Positions 18,018 to 28,539 of a stretch of DNA of 63,757 nt are shown piece by piece. Position numbers and translations under genes: made by a program. The stretch lies in assembly GCA_037969175.1 (NCBI GenBank), contig JBBKWX010000055.1:1-63757 (forward strand), written 5' to 3'. How positions within the stretch are numbered: position 1 is the first letter of the stretch; every line of letters starts with the position of its first letter. The DNA is from Bacteroidia bacterium. Lineage in GTDB: Bacteria > Bacteroidota > Bacteroidia > AKYH767-A > JBBKVM01. The notes beneath the pieces were generated by a model. It was not told where the DNA came from. It worked only from the letters and a program-made list of their open reading frames with translations, and searched no databases.

Positions 18018-19826
18018 ATGGATATTAAAATAATAATAGTACTAGTTGTTCTAACCTTTTTAGTCACAGCCCTTTACAGGGACTGGTTCAGACCTGTACT
18101 GGTTTTTCTTATTTCTATCATTGCATTGAATTTAACAGGTGTACTCACAGCCGAAGACACTTTACATGGCTTTGCGAATAAGGAGATTGCTGTAGTATTG
18201 ATGTTGATCATACTTGCAGGGATTATAAAAAGACTTGGATTGATAGAAGGTTTATTCAGAAGCCTTCTGAAACCGAAAATGAGTTATAATTCCTTCCTGT
18301 TTAAAATGATGGCAGGGACCAGTCTAGTTTCCGGCTTTATCAATAACACTCCTTTGGTCGCCATAATGATCCCTTATGTCTCTAATTGGGCCAAGAAAAA
18401 GGGAATTACTCCCAGTAAAGTACTTATCCCGCTGTCATATGCTACAATTTTAGGAGGTACTCTGACACTTATTGGTACATCTACCAACCTGATTGTGAAT
18501 AGCCTGGTTATTGAAGAAAAAAAGAAGGGTATAGCACTGGGAATAGAGGGCTTACAGAATTTACAGGAGTTGCATTTGTTTGATTTTACAGCTGTTGGCT
18601 TTCCATTGTTGATCATTGGTTTGATATATCTGATGTTCGCCTCAAAGTATCTTTTACCAAGCAGGCTGGATGCAATAGACGAATTTAAGGTGCATAAACG
18701 CGAATACCTAGTTCAGACGGTTTTGAAGAAGAACTCCTCTCTGGTTGGAAAGACCATTGAAGAAGCAAAACTTCGCCATCTTCCCGGATTATTTTTGGTT
18801 GAGATCATCCGTCGGGAACGACATATAACTCCGGTTGGTCCGGGAGAAGTTATAGAAGCTGAAGACATACTCATGTTTGCCGGCGCCACCGGAACCGTTT
18901 TGGAATTGGTGGGATCTTCAGGGGAATTGGTCATTCCGGAATTTCAAAATACAGAATCGACCGGAAAACAAGATGTTGTGGAAGTAGTGATCTCATCTAA
19001 TTCACAGCTGGTTGATAAAAAGGTAAAAGACACGGATTTCAGGGGAGTTTTTGACGCAGCCATTGTTGCGATACATCGAAATGGAGAGAAGCTTGGAGGC
19101 AAGATCGGTGAAATGGTGCTTAAGCCCGGTGATCTGTTATTACTCCTGACAGGAAAAGATTTTAATCTGAGGATCTCAGAGGCAAGAGACATTTATACAG
19201 TTTCAAAAGTGATGGAAATAAATCGTCCTCATTTTGGAAAGAGTTTATTCGTTTTATTGGGGACACTGGCAGCAATTATTCTTGCTGCAATGCAGGTATT
19301 ACCCTTGTTTCAATCATTATTAATACTGATAATCGGAAGTATCTTTCTTAAGATAATTAATCTGAGTGATCTTAAAAAAATATTGGATTTTGATCTTATT
19401 CTTATTCTGGCATTTGCATTAGCCATAAGTAAAGCAATAGTTAATACCGGCTCAGCAGAATTCTTTTCTGCAAAAATGATAACTTTGTTCGAACCTTTGG
19501 GAGTCGTAGGAATATTGCTGGGCGTCTACCTCATCACTACATTATTGACAGAGATCATCACAAATGCTGCAGCTGCTTCTATAGTGTTCCCAATTGCAAT
19601 TCAAATAACGCTAAGTTTGGGAATCGATCCAAAACCTTTCATACTTGCCATTGCCTTTGCCGGCTCAGCGAGTTTTGCAACTCCTTTTGGATACCAAACC
19701 AATCTTATGGTGTACGGTCCGGGAGGTTATAAGTTTTCGGATTTTCTCAGAGTTGGGGTGCCGTTAAATATTATCAGTATGATCGTTACAGTTTCATTGC
19801 TTGCTTATTATTACAACTTATACTAG
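18018..19826 (+). CDS. SLC13/DASS family permease with two TrkA-C (RCK_C) domains, probable sulfate transporter
   Basis: GFINNTPLVA, TLIGTSTNL, TEIITNAAAA, ATPFGYQTNLMVYGPGGYKF.DF motifs; central RCK_C pair; stop codon overlaps the cysC start. Confidence 0.85.
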   Translation: MDIKIIIVLVVLTFLVTALYRDWFRPVLVFLISIIALNLTGVLTAEDTLHGFANKEIAVVLMLIILAGIIKRLGLIEGLFRSLLKPKMSYNSFLFKMMAGTSLVSGFINNTPLVAIMIPYVSNWAKKKGITPSKVLIPLSYATILGGTLTLIGTSTNLIVNSLVIEEKKKGIALGIEGLQNLQELHLFDFTAVGFPLLIIGLIYLMFASKYLLPSRLDAIDEFKVHKREYLVQTVLKKNSSLVGKTIEEAKLRHLPGLFLVEIIRRERHITPVGPGEVIEAEDILMFAGATGTVLELVGSSGELVIPEFQNTESTGKQDVVEVVISSNSQLVDKKVKDTDFRGVFDAAIVAIHRNGEKLGGKIGEMVLKPGDLLLLLTGKDFNLRISEARDIYTVSKVMEINRPHFGKSLFVLLGTLAAIILAAMQVLPLFQSLLILIIGSIFLKIINLSDLKKILDFDLILILAFALAISKAIVNTGSAEFFSAKMITLFEPLGVVGILLGVYLITTLLTEIITNAAAASIVFPIAIQITLSLGIDPKPFILAIAFAGSASFATPFGYQTNLMVYGPGGYKFSDFLRVGVPLNIISMIVTVSLLAYYYNLY

Positions 19827-20431
19827 TGAGTCAGAAGTCGACAAATATCTTTTTTCATTCACATAATGTGAACCGTGAAAAACGTGAAAAAGCTGCCGGG
19901 CATAAAGGTATGCTGGTCTGGTGTACCGGGCTTTCGGGCTCGGGAAAAAGCACTGTTGCGAATGATCTGGAAGAAAAATTGTTTGAGCTGGGAATCCGAA
20001 CCTATATTCTGGATGGAGATAATATCCGCACAGGATTGAATAAGGATCTAGGGTTTGGTGATGATGACAGAATAGAAAATATCAGAAGAATAGGAGAGAT
20101 CGCAAAACTATTTGTTGATGCCGGTGTAGTTGTGATCACTGCATTTATTTCACCTTTCAGATCAGAAAGAAAAAGTGTGATTGAGAATATCGGCGTTGAA
20201 AATGTTTTGCAGGTTTATGTTAATGCTCCGATAGAAGTATGTGAACAAAGAGATGTAAAAGGATTATATGCTAAGGCAAGAGCAGGAGAAATTAAAAATT
20301 TTACAGGAATAGATTCACCTTTTGAATCACCTGAAAATCCGGATGTGGAAGTTAATACAGATCGTGAAGATCTTGCTACATCTACATCGAAAATATTAGA
20401 AAAATTATTACCCAAAATAAAATTAATTTAA
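19826..20431 (+). CDS. cysC: Adenylyl-sulfate kinase
   Basis: W.TGLSGSGKST P-loop, LDGDNIR.GLNKDLGF, ENIRRIGE, CEQRDVKGLY, FTGIDSPFE.P. Confidence 0.97.
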   Translation: MSQKSTNIFFHSHNVNREKREKAAGHKGMLVWCTGLSGSGKSTVANDLEEKLFELGIRTYILDGDNIRTGLNKDLGFGDDDRIENIRRIGEIAKLFVDAGVVVITAFISPFRSERKSVIENIGVENVLQVYVNAPIEVCEQRDVKGLYAKARAGEIKNFTGIDSPFESPENPDVEVNTDREDLATSTSKILEKLLPKIKLI

Positions 20432-20434
20432 AAG

Positions 20435-21340
20435 ATGTTATCCTATAATTTAAGCCATCTAAGGGAACTTGAATCGGAATCCATCTTCATCATCCGTGAA
20501 GTGGCTGCCCAATTTGAAAAACCGGTATTGTTATTTTCCGGTGGGAAAGATTCCATTGTAATGGCACATTTAGCACGTAAAGCTTTTTGGCCGGCTAAAG
20601 TTCCTTTTCCTTTGATGCATATTGATACCGGACATAACTTTGAAGAAACTATTTCTTACAGGGATGAAATGGTAAAGAGAAACGGGTTCCAATTGATCGT
20701 TGCCAGTGTGCAGGAGAGTATTAATTCCGGAAGAGCTGTAGAAGAAAAGGGACCCAATGCAAGTAGAAATGCTTTGCAAACTACAACGCTGTTGGATTCA
20801 TTAGAGCTCTATAAATTTGATGCAGCCTTAGGCGGCGCAAGGAGAGATGAAGAAAAGGCCAGAGCAAAAGAAAGATTCTTTTCTCATCGTGATGATTTTG
20901 GACAATGGGATCCGAAGAATCAAAGACCGGAATTATGGAATCTTTTTAATGGTAAGAAAAGAGTTGGAGAACACTTCCGTATTTTTCCGTTGAGCAACTG
21001 GACAGAGATGGATATTTGGCAATATTTATATGCTGAGAATATTGATATTCCAAGCATTTATTTTAGTCATGAAAGAGAATGTTTTATTCGCGATGGTGTG
21101 ATCTATGGCAATTGCGAGTTCATGACTTTGAGAGAGAATGAAAAAGTAGAAAAAATGATCGTGCGTTTTCGTACGATCGGTGATATGACATGCACCGGAG
21201 CGGTAAGTTCAGAGGCTGCTACGCTTGAAGATATAATCGCAGAAGTTAGCGCCAGCAGGGTGACGGAACGTGGAGGAAGATCTGATGATAAACGATCAGA
21301 GACTGCAATGGAAGACAGAAAAAAGCAAGGATATTTCTAA
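20435..21340 (+). CDS. cysD: Sulfate adenylyltransferase subunit 2
   Basis: LFSGGKDS, GGARRDEEKARAKER, PKNQRPELW, RFRTIGD..CTGA, MEDRKKQGYF. Confidence 0.97.
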   Translation: MLSYNLSHLRELESESIFIIREVAAQFEKPVLLFSGGKDSIVMAHLARKAFWPAKVPFPLMHIDTGHNFEETISYRDEMVKRNGFQLIVASVQESINSGRAVEEKGPNASRNALQTTTLLDSLELYKFDAALGGARRDEEKARAKERFFSHRDDFGQWDPKNQRPELWNLFNGKKRVGEHFRIFPLSNWTEMDIWQYLYAENIDIPSIYFSHERECFIRDGVIYGNCEFMTLRENEKVEKMIVRFRTIGDMTCTGAVSSEAATLEDIIAEVSASRVTERGGRSDDKRSETAMEDRKKQGYF

Positions 21341-21353
21341 AGAATTAATTTTA

Positions 21354-22631
21354 ATGGATACGAATACTATAACTGATAATTACAATAATATGGAGTTGCT
21401 TCGCTTCACTACTGCCGGTAGTGTTGATGATGGAAAGAGCACTCTCATTGGAAGATTATTGTTTGACAGCAAATCAATTTTTGAAGATCAGCTGGAAGCA
21501 GTAACGCAAACGAGTCAGCAAAAAGGATATGATTATGTAGATCTGGCCTTGCTGACAGACGGATTGCGTGCCGAAAGAGAACAGGGTATTACCATCGATG
21601 TAGCCTACAGATATTTTGCAACTCCCAAAAGGAAATTTATCATTGCAGATACTCCGGGGCATATTCAATATACCCGAAACATGGTTACGGGAGCGTCTAC
21701 TGCTAACTGTGCCCTGATCCTTATCGATGCGCGGAAAGGCATAGTGGAGCAAACCTGCAGACATTCTTTCATCGCATCTTTACTACAGATTCCGCACGTA
21801 ATTGTTTGTATTAACAAGATGGATCTGGTTGATTATTCTGAAACTGTATTTGACAAAATTGTCAGTGAGTTTAAACAGTTCAGTGCAAAGCTTGATGTCA
21901 AGGATATTCAGTTCATTCCTATCTCGGCTTTAAAAGGAGATAATGTTGTAGACCGTTCAACCAAAATGGATTGGTACGAAGGATCTACATTATTATACTT
22001 GCTGGAACATGTACATATCAGCGGAGATCATAATCATATTGATTGTCGTTTTCCGGTTCAGTATGTGATCCGCCCACAGAGTGAAGAGTATCATGATTTT
22101 CGCGGTTATGCCGGAAGAATTGCAGGTGGAATTTTCAAACCCGGTGATAAAGTAATGGTACTTCCTTCCGGTTTTACTTCTACTATCAAATCGATTGAAA
22201 CTATTGATGGACCCATACCTGAAGCATTTGCTCCTATGTCTGTCACGATGACTTTGAATGATGAGATCGATATCAGCAGAGGAGATATGATCGTTCGTGA
22301 GAATAATGTTCCGAACAATGATCAAGAGGTGGAGTTAATGGTTTGTTGGTTGAATCCAAAACCACTTGAGTTGAACGGGAAATATACAATTCGTCACACA
22401 ACAAGAGAAGCACGTTGCATCGTAAAAGAGATCCGATATAAAATGGATATCAATACGCTTCACAGAAATGAAGGAGATAAAGTGATCGCGATGAATGATA
22501 TTGCCAGAGTACATGTTCGAACAACTGTTCCTTTATTTTTTGACAGTTATAGAAAAAACAGGATCACCGGAAGTGTCATTTTAGTGGATGAAGGAACTAA
22601 TGAAACCGTTGCAGCCGGCATGATCATATAA
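21354..22631 (+). CDS. cysN: Sulfate adenylyltransferase subunit 1 (GTPase)
   Basis: TAGSVDDGKSTLIGRLL, EREQGITIDVAYRYF, DTPGH.QYTRNMVTGAS, NKMD; no fused kinase. Start moved downstream of the cysD stop. Confidence 0.95.
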   Translation: MDTNTITDNYNNMELLRFTTAGSVDDGKSTLIGRLLFDSKSIFEDQLEAVTQTSQQKGYDYVDLALLTDGLRAEREQGITIDVAYRYFATPKRKFIIADTPGHIQYTRNMVTGASTANCALILIDARKGIVEQTCRHSFIASLLQIPHVIVCINKMDLVDYSETVFDKIVSEFKQFSAKLDVKDIQFIPISALKGDNVVDRSTKMDWYEGSTLLYLLEHVHISGDHNHIDCRFPVQYVIRPQSEEYHDFRGYAGRIAGGIFKPGDKVMVLPSGFTSTIKSIETIDGPIPEAFAPMSVTMTLNDEIDISRGDMIVRENNVPNNDQEVELMVCWLNPKPLELNGKYTIRHTTREARCIVKEIRYKMDINTLHRNEGDKVIAMNDIARVHVRTTVPLFFDSYRKNRITGSVILVDEGTNETVAAGMII

Positions 22632-23440
22632 TGAGTGAAAACTTGAACAACTTTACTTTACTGGCATGTCGTGCTTCTATTGAAGCGGGTGAAGCGATCA
22701 TGAAAGTATATTCCCGTCCTATTGAAGTGGAATTCAAAGAAGATAATTCTCCCTTGACGGAAGCGGATAAATCTTCTAATATGATCATCATGAATTACCT
22801 GGCTGAAACAGGTATTCCGGTGCTGAGTGAAGAAGGAAAAACGATAAGCTATGAAGAGCGTAGTGAGTGGGATGAGTTCTGGTTGGTAGACCCTTTGGAT
22901 GGAACAAAGGAGTTTATAAAACGCAATGGTGAATTTACAGTAAACATTGCGCTTATCAGAAATGGAAAACCTGAAATGGGAGTGATCTATGTACCGGCTA
23001 CAGATATTTTATACGTTGGAATGGGCGCAGGGAAAGCATATAAATTTGAACAAGCAGCTTTGAAACCGGAAGTATTTGAAGACATAGCTCTTTTAAAAAG
23101 CGTAGGTGCTTTGTTACCTGTTGAGAGTGCGAGCCGAAATTACACGGTAGTAGCATCGCGTTCTCATTTAAGTTCAGAAACTGAAAGTTTTATTAAAGCT
23201 CTTGAAGCAGAACATGGAGAAGTGGATCTTATTTCTTCCGGCAGCTCATTAAAAATTTGTTTAGTAGCTGAAGGAAAAGCAGATGTTTATCCTAGACTTG
23301 CACCTACTATGGAATGGGACACCGGGGCGGGGCAAGCTATAGCCGAAGCCGCAGGGAAACATGTTTTTGTTTATAATGAGGAATCGGAATTGTCCTATAA
23401 TAAACCGGATCTGCTGAACCCCTGGTTTATTGTTAGATAA
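22631..23440 (+). CDS. cysQ: 3'(2'),5'-bisphosphate nucleotidase (PAP phosphatase)
   Basis: K.DNSPLTEAD, LSEE, WLVDPLDGTKEF, GSSLKICLVAEG, TMEWDTGAG. Confidence 0.95.
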   Translation: MSENLNNFTLLACRASIEAGEAIMKVYSRPIEVEFKEDNSPLTEADKSSNMIIMNYLAETGIPVLSEEGKTISYEERSEWDEFWLVDPLDGTKEFIKRNGEFTVNIALIRNGKPEMGVIYVPATDILYVGMGAGKAYKFEQAALKPEVFEDIALLKSVGALLPVESASRNYTVVASRSHLSSETESFIKALEAEHGEVDLISSGSSLKICLVAEGKADVYPRLAPTMEWDTGAGQAIAEAAGKHVFVYNEESELSYNKPDLLNPWFIVR

Positions 23441-23498
23441 GAAAAGAGAGATCAATTTTATTGTAGAATTAGGTATCTTGCCGGCTCATAAACATGCT

Positions 23499-25094
23499 AT
23501 GAGAACAATAAAGAATTGCCAACTTTTTTTATTCTTTCTTCTATTTGTTTCCACTACCGTTTTTGCTCAGGATAATTACCTTCCGCTGAGCCGTGAATAT
23601 GGAACCAGATATGAATCCTTTTTGAATCGGATCGATAGTGATATGCACACCTCTATCAAGCCCTATTCATCAAACGAAGTAAAAGCTTATTCACCTTTTG
23701 ATTCTTTGAATCAAAGTCTGGTAAAAGACTCTAAGTTCACACGGACCTTGGTCGGTCGTAAACTTTTAAAGGAACATTTATTTGTTGTAGATAAGGAAGA
23801 CTTTAAATTAAATATCGATCCTGCTTTTGATTTTCAAGTGGGAAATGAATCTGAAAAATCTGTTAATACATATACAAATACAAGAGGGTATTATGTTACC
23901 GGTAGTATCGGTAAACAAGTTTCTTTTCAAAGTTCCTTCTATGAGAATCAGGCGGTTTTTCCGGGATTCATTAAAAATTATGTGAGCTCAACAGGCGTAG
24001 TTCCGGGCCAGGGAAAAACGAAGACATTCAATACTTCCTATGATTACGCTATGGCAACAGGAAGTGTTGTTTACACCCCATCAAAACATTTCACATTTCA
24101 ATTTGGGAATGACAAGAACTTCATAGGAGATGGCTATCGTAGTTTGCTACTTTCTGATAATTCATTTTCTTATCCTTTTCTTAAAGTAACAACTACTGTT
24201 TGGAAATTGAAATACATGAATCTCTTTACTGCATTTCAGGATCTTACTGGAGGTGGCACACCTGATGTTGGGTTCAAAAGGAAGTATGGAAGTTTTCATT
24301 ATCTCGATCTGAATATAGGCAAACATGTAAGTGTTGGATTTTTTGAAGCTATCATCTGGAGAGGGGATACGCTTAACAGAGGGTATGATATCCATTATTT
24401 GAATCCGGTTATTTTTCTCAGACCGGTTGAGTTTTCTGTTGGATCTCCTGACAACGTGATGATGGGATTGAATGTCAAAGCCAAGATCTTCAGCGGACAT
24501 GTAGTATATGGGCAACTGATGCTGGATGAATTTAAGATCGATGAAGTGAGAAGTGGCAAAGGCTGGTGGGCAAACAAGCAAGCATTTCAATTAGGATATA
24601 AAGGTTTCAATATTGGCATTCCCAATTTGGGTTTTCAAACGGAGTTTAATTTTGTCAGACCCTATACCTATCAACACAGAACTACACTTCAGAATTATGC
24701 ACATTATAATCAAGCGCTTGCTCATCCTCTGGGAGCAAATTTTTCTGAGTCAGTGAGTATTTTGGATTATAGATTTAAGGATATTCTTTTCTCTGCGAAA
24801 TTGCAGATTGCAAGAATTGGTTTAGATACAGCAGGCATCAATTACGGTCAGGATATATTCAGGGATTATCTTGATTTTCCAAATCTATATGGCAATAATA
24901 TGTATCAGGGATTGGATTCAGATCTGTTCAGTGCTGATCTGCGAATTGGATATATGATCAACCCCAACTACAACATGAGAATTGAGGCTGGTTTGATGGT
25001 CAGGGAATTATCTAATTCAATGTTTGTTTCAAAAACCAATTGGATCATGTTTGGAATCAAGACAGGATTAGTGAATAAGTACTATGATTTTTAA
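23499..25094 (+). CDS. Outer-membrane beta-barrel, capsule assembly Wzi / RemB-like family
   Basis: Signal peptide; GNDKNFIGDGYRSLLLSDN, YLNPVIF.RPVEF, LAHPLGANF motifs of Bacteroidota Wzi/RemB-like proteins; aromatic C-terminus. Confidence 0.7.
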   Translation: MRTIKNCQLFLFFLLFVSTTVFAQDNYLPLSREYGTRYESFLNRIDSDMHTSIKPYSSNEVKAYSPFDSLNQSLVKDSKFTRTLVGRKLLKEHLFVVDKEDFKLNIDPAFDFQVGNESEKSVNTYTNTRGYYVTGSIGKQVSFQSSFYENQAVFPGFIKNYVSSTGVVPGQGKTKTFNTSYDYAMATGSVVYTPSKHFTFQFGNDKNFIGDGYRSLLLSDNSFSYPFLKVTTTVWKLKYMNLFTAFQDLTGGGTPDVGFKRKYGSFHYLDLNIGKHVSVGFFEAIIWRGDTLNRGYDIHYLNPVIFLRPVEFSVGSPDNVMMGLNVKAKIFSGHVVYGQLMLDEFKIDEVRSGKGWWANKQAFQLGYKGFNIGIPNLGFQTEFNFVRPYTYQHRTTLQNYAHYNQALAHPLGANFSESVSILDYRFKDILFSAKLQIARIGLDTAGINYGQDIFRDYLDFPNLYGNNMYQGLDSDLFSADLRIGYMINPNYNMRIEAGLMVRELSNSMFVSKTNWIMFGIKTGLVNKYYDF

Positions 25095-25124
25095 GGAAAT
25101 CGATATAAAAACAAGGGATTTCAG

Positions 25125-25132
25125 TATATTCG
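25125..25132 (+). promoter_or_regulatory. -7 element variant TATATTCG upstream of wecB
   Basis: Same variant as at 13232 and 48490; 25 nt before GTG 25158. Confidence 0.5.
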
Positions 25133-25157
25133 TATCCCCAAACCCAATAAACACAAA

Positions 25158-26306
25158 GTGAAGCGTAAGATATTGTTCGTATTTGGCACCAGGCCTGAAG
25201 CGATCAAATTAGCACCCCTTATTCTTGCATTCAAAAAGCAACAGGATAAATTTGATACAAGAGTTTGTGTTTCAGCACAACACAGAGAGATGCTTGATCA
25301 GGTTATGGACTTTTTTGAATTAGAATCCGATCATGATCTGGATTTGATGCAACCGGGACAGAGCTTATTTGATATTACAGCCAGAGGTCTGAAGGCTTTA
25401 GAAGCAGTGCTTGATCTAGAAAAACCGGATGTTGTATTTGTGCAAGGCGATACTACTACTGCATTTATTGGAGCCTTGGCTGCATTTTACAAACAGGTCA
25501 AGGTTGCTCATATAGAAGCAGGCTTGCGAAGTGGAGATAAATATTCTCCCTTTCCTGAAGAAATGAATCGATTGCTTGCCGGTCGTCTTGCCGATTTTCA
25601 CTTCACACCAACGCCTTCTGCAAGCAGGAATCTTGAACTGGAAGCTATGAAAGGCGAGATCTTCATGGTTGGAAATACAGTGATCGATGCACTGATGCTT
25701 GGCTTAGAGCTGATCAATAATAAATCAGGAATAGATTATTCTTCAAAATTCAATTTTTTGGAAGCTGAAGAAAAAATAGTTTTGATCACCGGCCACAGAA
25801 GAGAAAGTTTCGGAGAACCATTTGAGGAATTATGTTCAGCTATCAGAGATCTGGCCCTTGAATTTCCGGAAGTTCGTTTTGTATATCCTGTGCATTTGAA
25901 TCCAAATGTCAGAGAACCGGTGAACCGGATCTTAAGCGATCTGAAAAATATTAATCTTATAGAACCTTTGGATTACCCGCATTTTCTTTGGCTGATGAAC
26001 AGATCCTATTTGGTTTTGACAGACAGTGGAGGATTACAGGAAGAGGCACCTTCACTAGGAAAACCTGTACTTGTGATGCGTGATGTAACCGAACGGACTG
26101 AAGGGATTGAAGCCGGTACAGCAAAGTTGGTAGGTACTTCAAGGAAAGTTATAGTTGAAGAAGCAAGAGCATTGCTATCAGATAAAGCTGCATGGGAGAA
26201 AATGGCAAAAGCGGTTAACCCTTACGGAGACGGTCATTCATGTGATAAGATCGTGAAGCAAATGGAAAAGATATTTTTTAATCAGGAGGTATTAGGAATT
26301 GAATAA
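25158..26306 (+). CDS. wecB: UDP-N-acetylglucosamine 2-epimerase (non-hydrolysing)
   Basis: FGTRPEAIK, QHREMLDQ, VQGDTTT, H.EAGLRS, HRRESF, TDSGGLQEEAPSLGKPV. Confidence 0.96.
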   Translation: MKRKILFVFGTRPEAIKLAPLILAFKKQQDKFDTRVCVSAQHREMLDQVMDFFELESDHDLDLMQPGQSLFDITARGLKALEAVLDLEKPDVVFVQGDTTTAFIGALAAFYKQVKVAHIEAGLRSGDKYSPFPEEMNRLLAGRLADFHFTPTPSASRNLELEAMKGEIFMVGNTVIDALMLGLELINNKSGIDYSSKFNFLEAEEKIVLITGHRRESFGEPFEELCSAIRDLALEFPEVRFVYPVHLNPNVREPVNRILSDLKNINLIEPLDYPHFLWLMNRSYLVLTDSGGLQEEAPSLGKPVLVMRDVTERTEGIEAGTAKLVGTSRKVIVEEARALLSDKAAWEKMAKAVNPYGDGHSCDKIVKQMEKIFFNQEVLGIE

Positions 26307-27510
26307 TCAAATTGTAGTCGTGATGGGCCTGGGTTATATTGGGCTGCCTACTGCTGCCTTGATAGCCAGCAAAGGAGTGCAAGTACATGGTGTTGATATC
26401 AGTCCAAAGGTGATCGATACGATCAACAAAGGACAGATCCATATCGTTGAACCTGACCTGGATGGGCTGGTAAAAAGTGCTGTGGAAAGAGGCAAGTTGA
26501 AAGCCTCTGATCAACCCATAGAAGCAGATGTATTTCTTATTGCAGTTCCAACTCCCTTCAAAGGAGATCATCAGCCGGATATATCCTACGTAGAAGCTGC
26601 AACCCGCATGCTTATTCCATTTTTAAAAGCCGGGAATCTGGTTATTCTTGAAAGTACAAGCCCGGTTGGGACCACTGAAAAAGTTGCTGAGTTGATCTAC
26701 GCAAACAGACCCGGATTGAAAGGTAGGATGCATATTGCATATTGTCCTGAGAGAGTATTACCCGGAAAGGTCATTTTTGAATTAGAACAAAATGATCGTG
26801 TGATCGGAGGATTGGATCAGGGTGCAACGGATGCTGCATGTAAATTTTACAGCAGTTTTGTAAGAGGAGAATTACATCAAACAAAAGCCAGAACAGCCGA
26901 GATGTGCAAGTTGGTTGAAAATGCAAGCAGAGATGTGAATATTGCTTTTGCAAATGAACTTAGTTTGATCTGTGATGAAGCGGATATAAATGTTTGGGAA
27001 TTGATCAATCTTGCAAATAAACATCCCCGTGTAAATATCTTACAACCCGGAACCGGTGTTGGCGGGCATTGTATTGCTGTTGATCCTTGGTTTATCGTTT
27101 CTGATTTTCCATCGCAGGCAAAGATCATACGTCAGGCCCGTGAGATCAATAATTACAAATCAGAGTGGGTGGTAGAGAAGATCATGCAACGTACAAAAGA
27201 GTTGCATGATAAGTTGGGAAGAGAACCCAAAGTTGCTTGTATGGGTTTAGCATTTAAACCTGACATTGATGATCTCAGAGAATCACCTGCACTTGAAGTT
27301 GTGCATGAGCTGATACAAAAGGGGGTACATGTATTACCTGTTGAACCCAATCTTGAAGATCATGCAACATTGAATTTATATTATACCGATAAAGCGATTG
27401 AACAGGCAGATCTTATTTGCTTTTTAGTAAAGCATGCTGCTTTCAAACATATCGATACAGGCGAAACTGACATTTTGGATTTTTGTGGATTAACCTTTCA
27501 TAGTAAATAA
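26299..27510 (+). CDS. wecC: UDP-N-acetyl-D-mannosamine dehydrogenase
   Basis: GLGYIGLPTA, AVPTPF, ESTSPVG, YCPERVLPG, KL.EN..RDVNIAFANE, GVGGHCIAVDPWF, KPDIDDLRESP. Confidence 0.93.
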   Translation: MNNQIVVVMGLGYIGLPTAALIASKGVQVHGVDISPKVIDTINKGQIHIVEPDLDGLVKSAVERGKLKASDQPIEADVFLIAVPTPFKGDHQPDISYVEAATRMLIPFLKAGNLVILESTSPVGTTEKVAELIYANRPGLKGRMHIAYCPERVLPGKVIFELEQNDRVIGGLDQGATDAACKFYSSFVRGELHQTKARTAEMCKLVENASRDVNIAFANELSLICDEADINVWELINLANKHPRVNILQPGTGVGGHCIAVDPWFIVSDFPSQAKIIRQAREINNYKSEWVVEKIMQRTKELHDKLGREPKVACMGLAFKPDIDDLRESPALEVVHELIQKGVHVLPVEPNLEDHATLNLYYTDKAIEQADLICFLVKHAAFKHIDTGETDILDFCGLTFHSK

Positions 27511-28485
27511 ATGAGTGCATCTTCAAAACATATTTTAGTCACCGGGGGAGCAGGTTTTATAGGTAGTCACTTATGTGATGAATTATTGGACAAAGGCTAT
27601 CGGGTAACAGCGATAGATAATTTTGATAATTTTTATCCTAGAAGTTTTAAAGAAGATAATATTTCTGAAGCTCTTAAGCATAGTAATTTCAGATTAATAG
27701 AAGGTGATATCAGAGATGAATCTGTGTATGCTGAACTAAGATCTGAGACGTTTGAAGCGATAGTGCATCTGGCTGCCAAGGCCGGAGTCAGACCTTCGAT
27801 CATCGATCCAATCGGATATCAGGATGTGAATGTAAATGGCACAATGAAACTTTTGGAATTTGCAAAAGAACAAGGCATTAAGCAATTTGTTTTTGCTTCC
27901 TCAAGTAGTGTTTATGGTGTGAATGAGAATGTGCCCTGGTCAGAATCTGATCATGTGTTATTGCCAATAAGTCCTTATGCCGGAACAAAAGTTACCGGAG
28001 AATTGATGGGCCATGTGTATTCAAAATTGCATGGAATACGTTTTGTCGCTCTTCGGTTTTTTACCGTTATCGGACCACGACAAAGACCTGATCTGGCAAT
28101 ACACAAGTTTTCACAATTGATGCTGGAAGGAAAAAGTATTCCGGTTTTTGGTAATGGTGAAACCCGACGTGATTATACCTATGTGAAAGATACAGTACAA
28201 GGAATCATTTCAGCTATCAATTACAAGAATGCGGATTATGCAATTTTTAATTTGGGAAATAATCAAACGATAAGTTTATCAGAAATGATAAATGCAATTG
28301 CGAAAGCATTGGATATTGAACCTAAAATTGAAAAGTTAGCTGAACAACCCGGAGATGTACCACAGACCTGGGCTGACATAAGTGAAGCAAGTGCGGAATT
28401 GAATTATTTACCCGCCACACCTTTTCAAACGGGAGTAGAGAAATTTACTTTTTGGTTGAAAAAAAAGAATAGAATTGAAGTATAG
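27511..28485 (+). CDS. NAD-dependent epimerase, UDP-glucuronate 4-epimerase-like
   Basis: TGGAGFIG, HLAAKAGVR.S, SSSSVYG, PISPYAGTK, RFFTV.GPRQRPDLAIHKF. Confidence 0.85.
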   Translation: MSASSKHILVTGGAGFIGSHLCDELLDKGYRVTAIDNFDNFYPRSFKEDNISEALKHSNFRLIEGDIRDESVYAELRSETFEAIVHLAAKAGVRPSIIDPIGYQDVNVNGTMKLLEFAKEQGIKQFVFASSSSVYGVNENVPWSESDHVLLPISPYAGTKVTGELMGHVYSKLHGIRFVALRFFTVIGPRQRPDLAIHKFSQLMLEGKSIPVFGNGETRRDYTYVKDTVQGIISAINYKNADYAIFNLGNNQTISLSEMINAIAKALDIEPKIEKLAEQPGDVPQTWADISEASAELNYLPATPFQTGVEKFTFWLKKKNRIEV

Positions 28486-28539
28486 AAAATAGGACATGGA
28501 ATTGAATTCATGTAGTATAGAATTTTTGAAAAAAATAAA

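Noticed and set aside
21270-21353. Long cysN/cysD overlap (similar upstream extensions at 37993, 55325, 56946, 23430)
   Set aside because: Artefacts of longest-ORF calling; downstream ATGs give normal starts.
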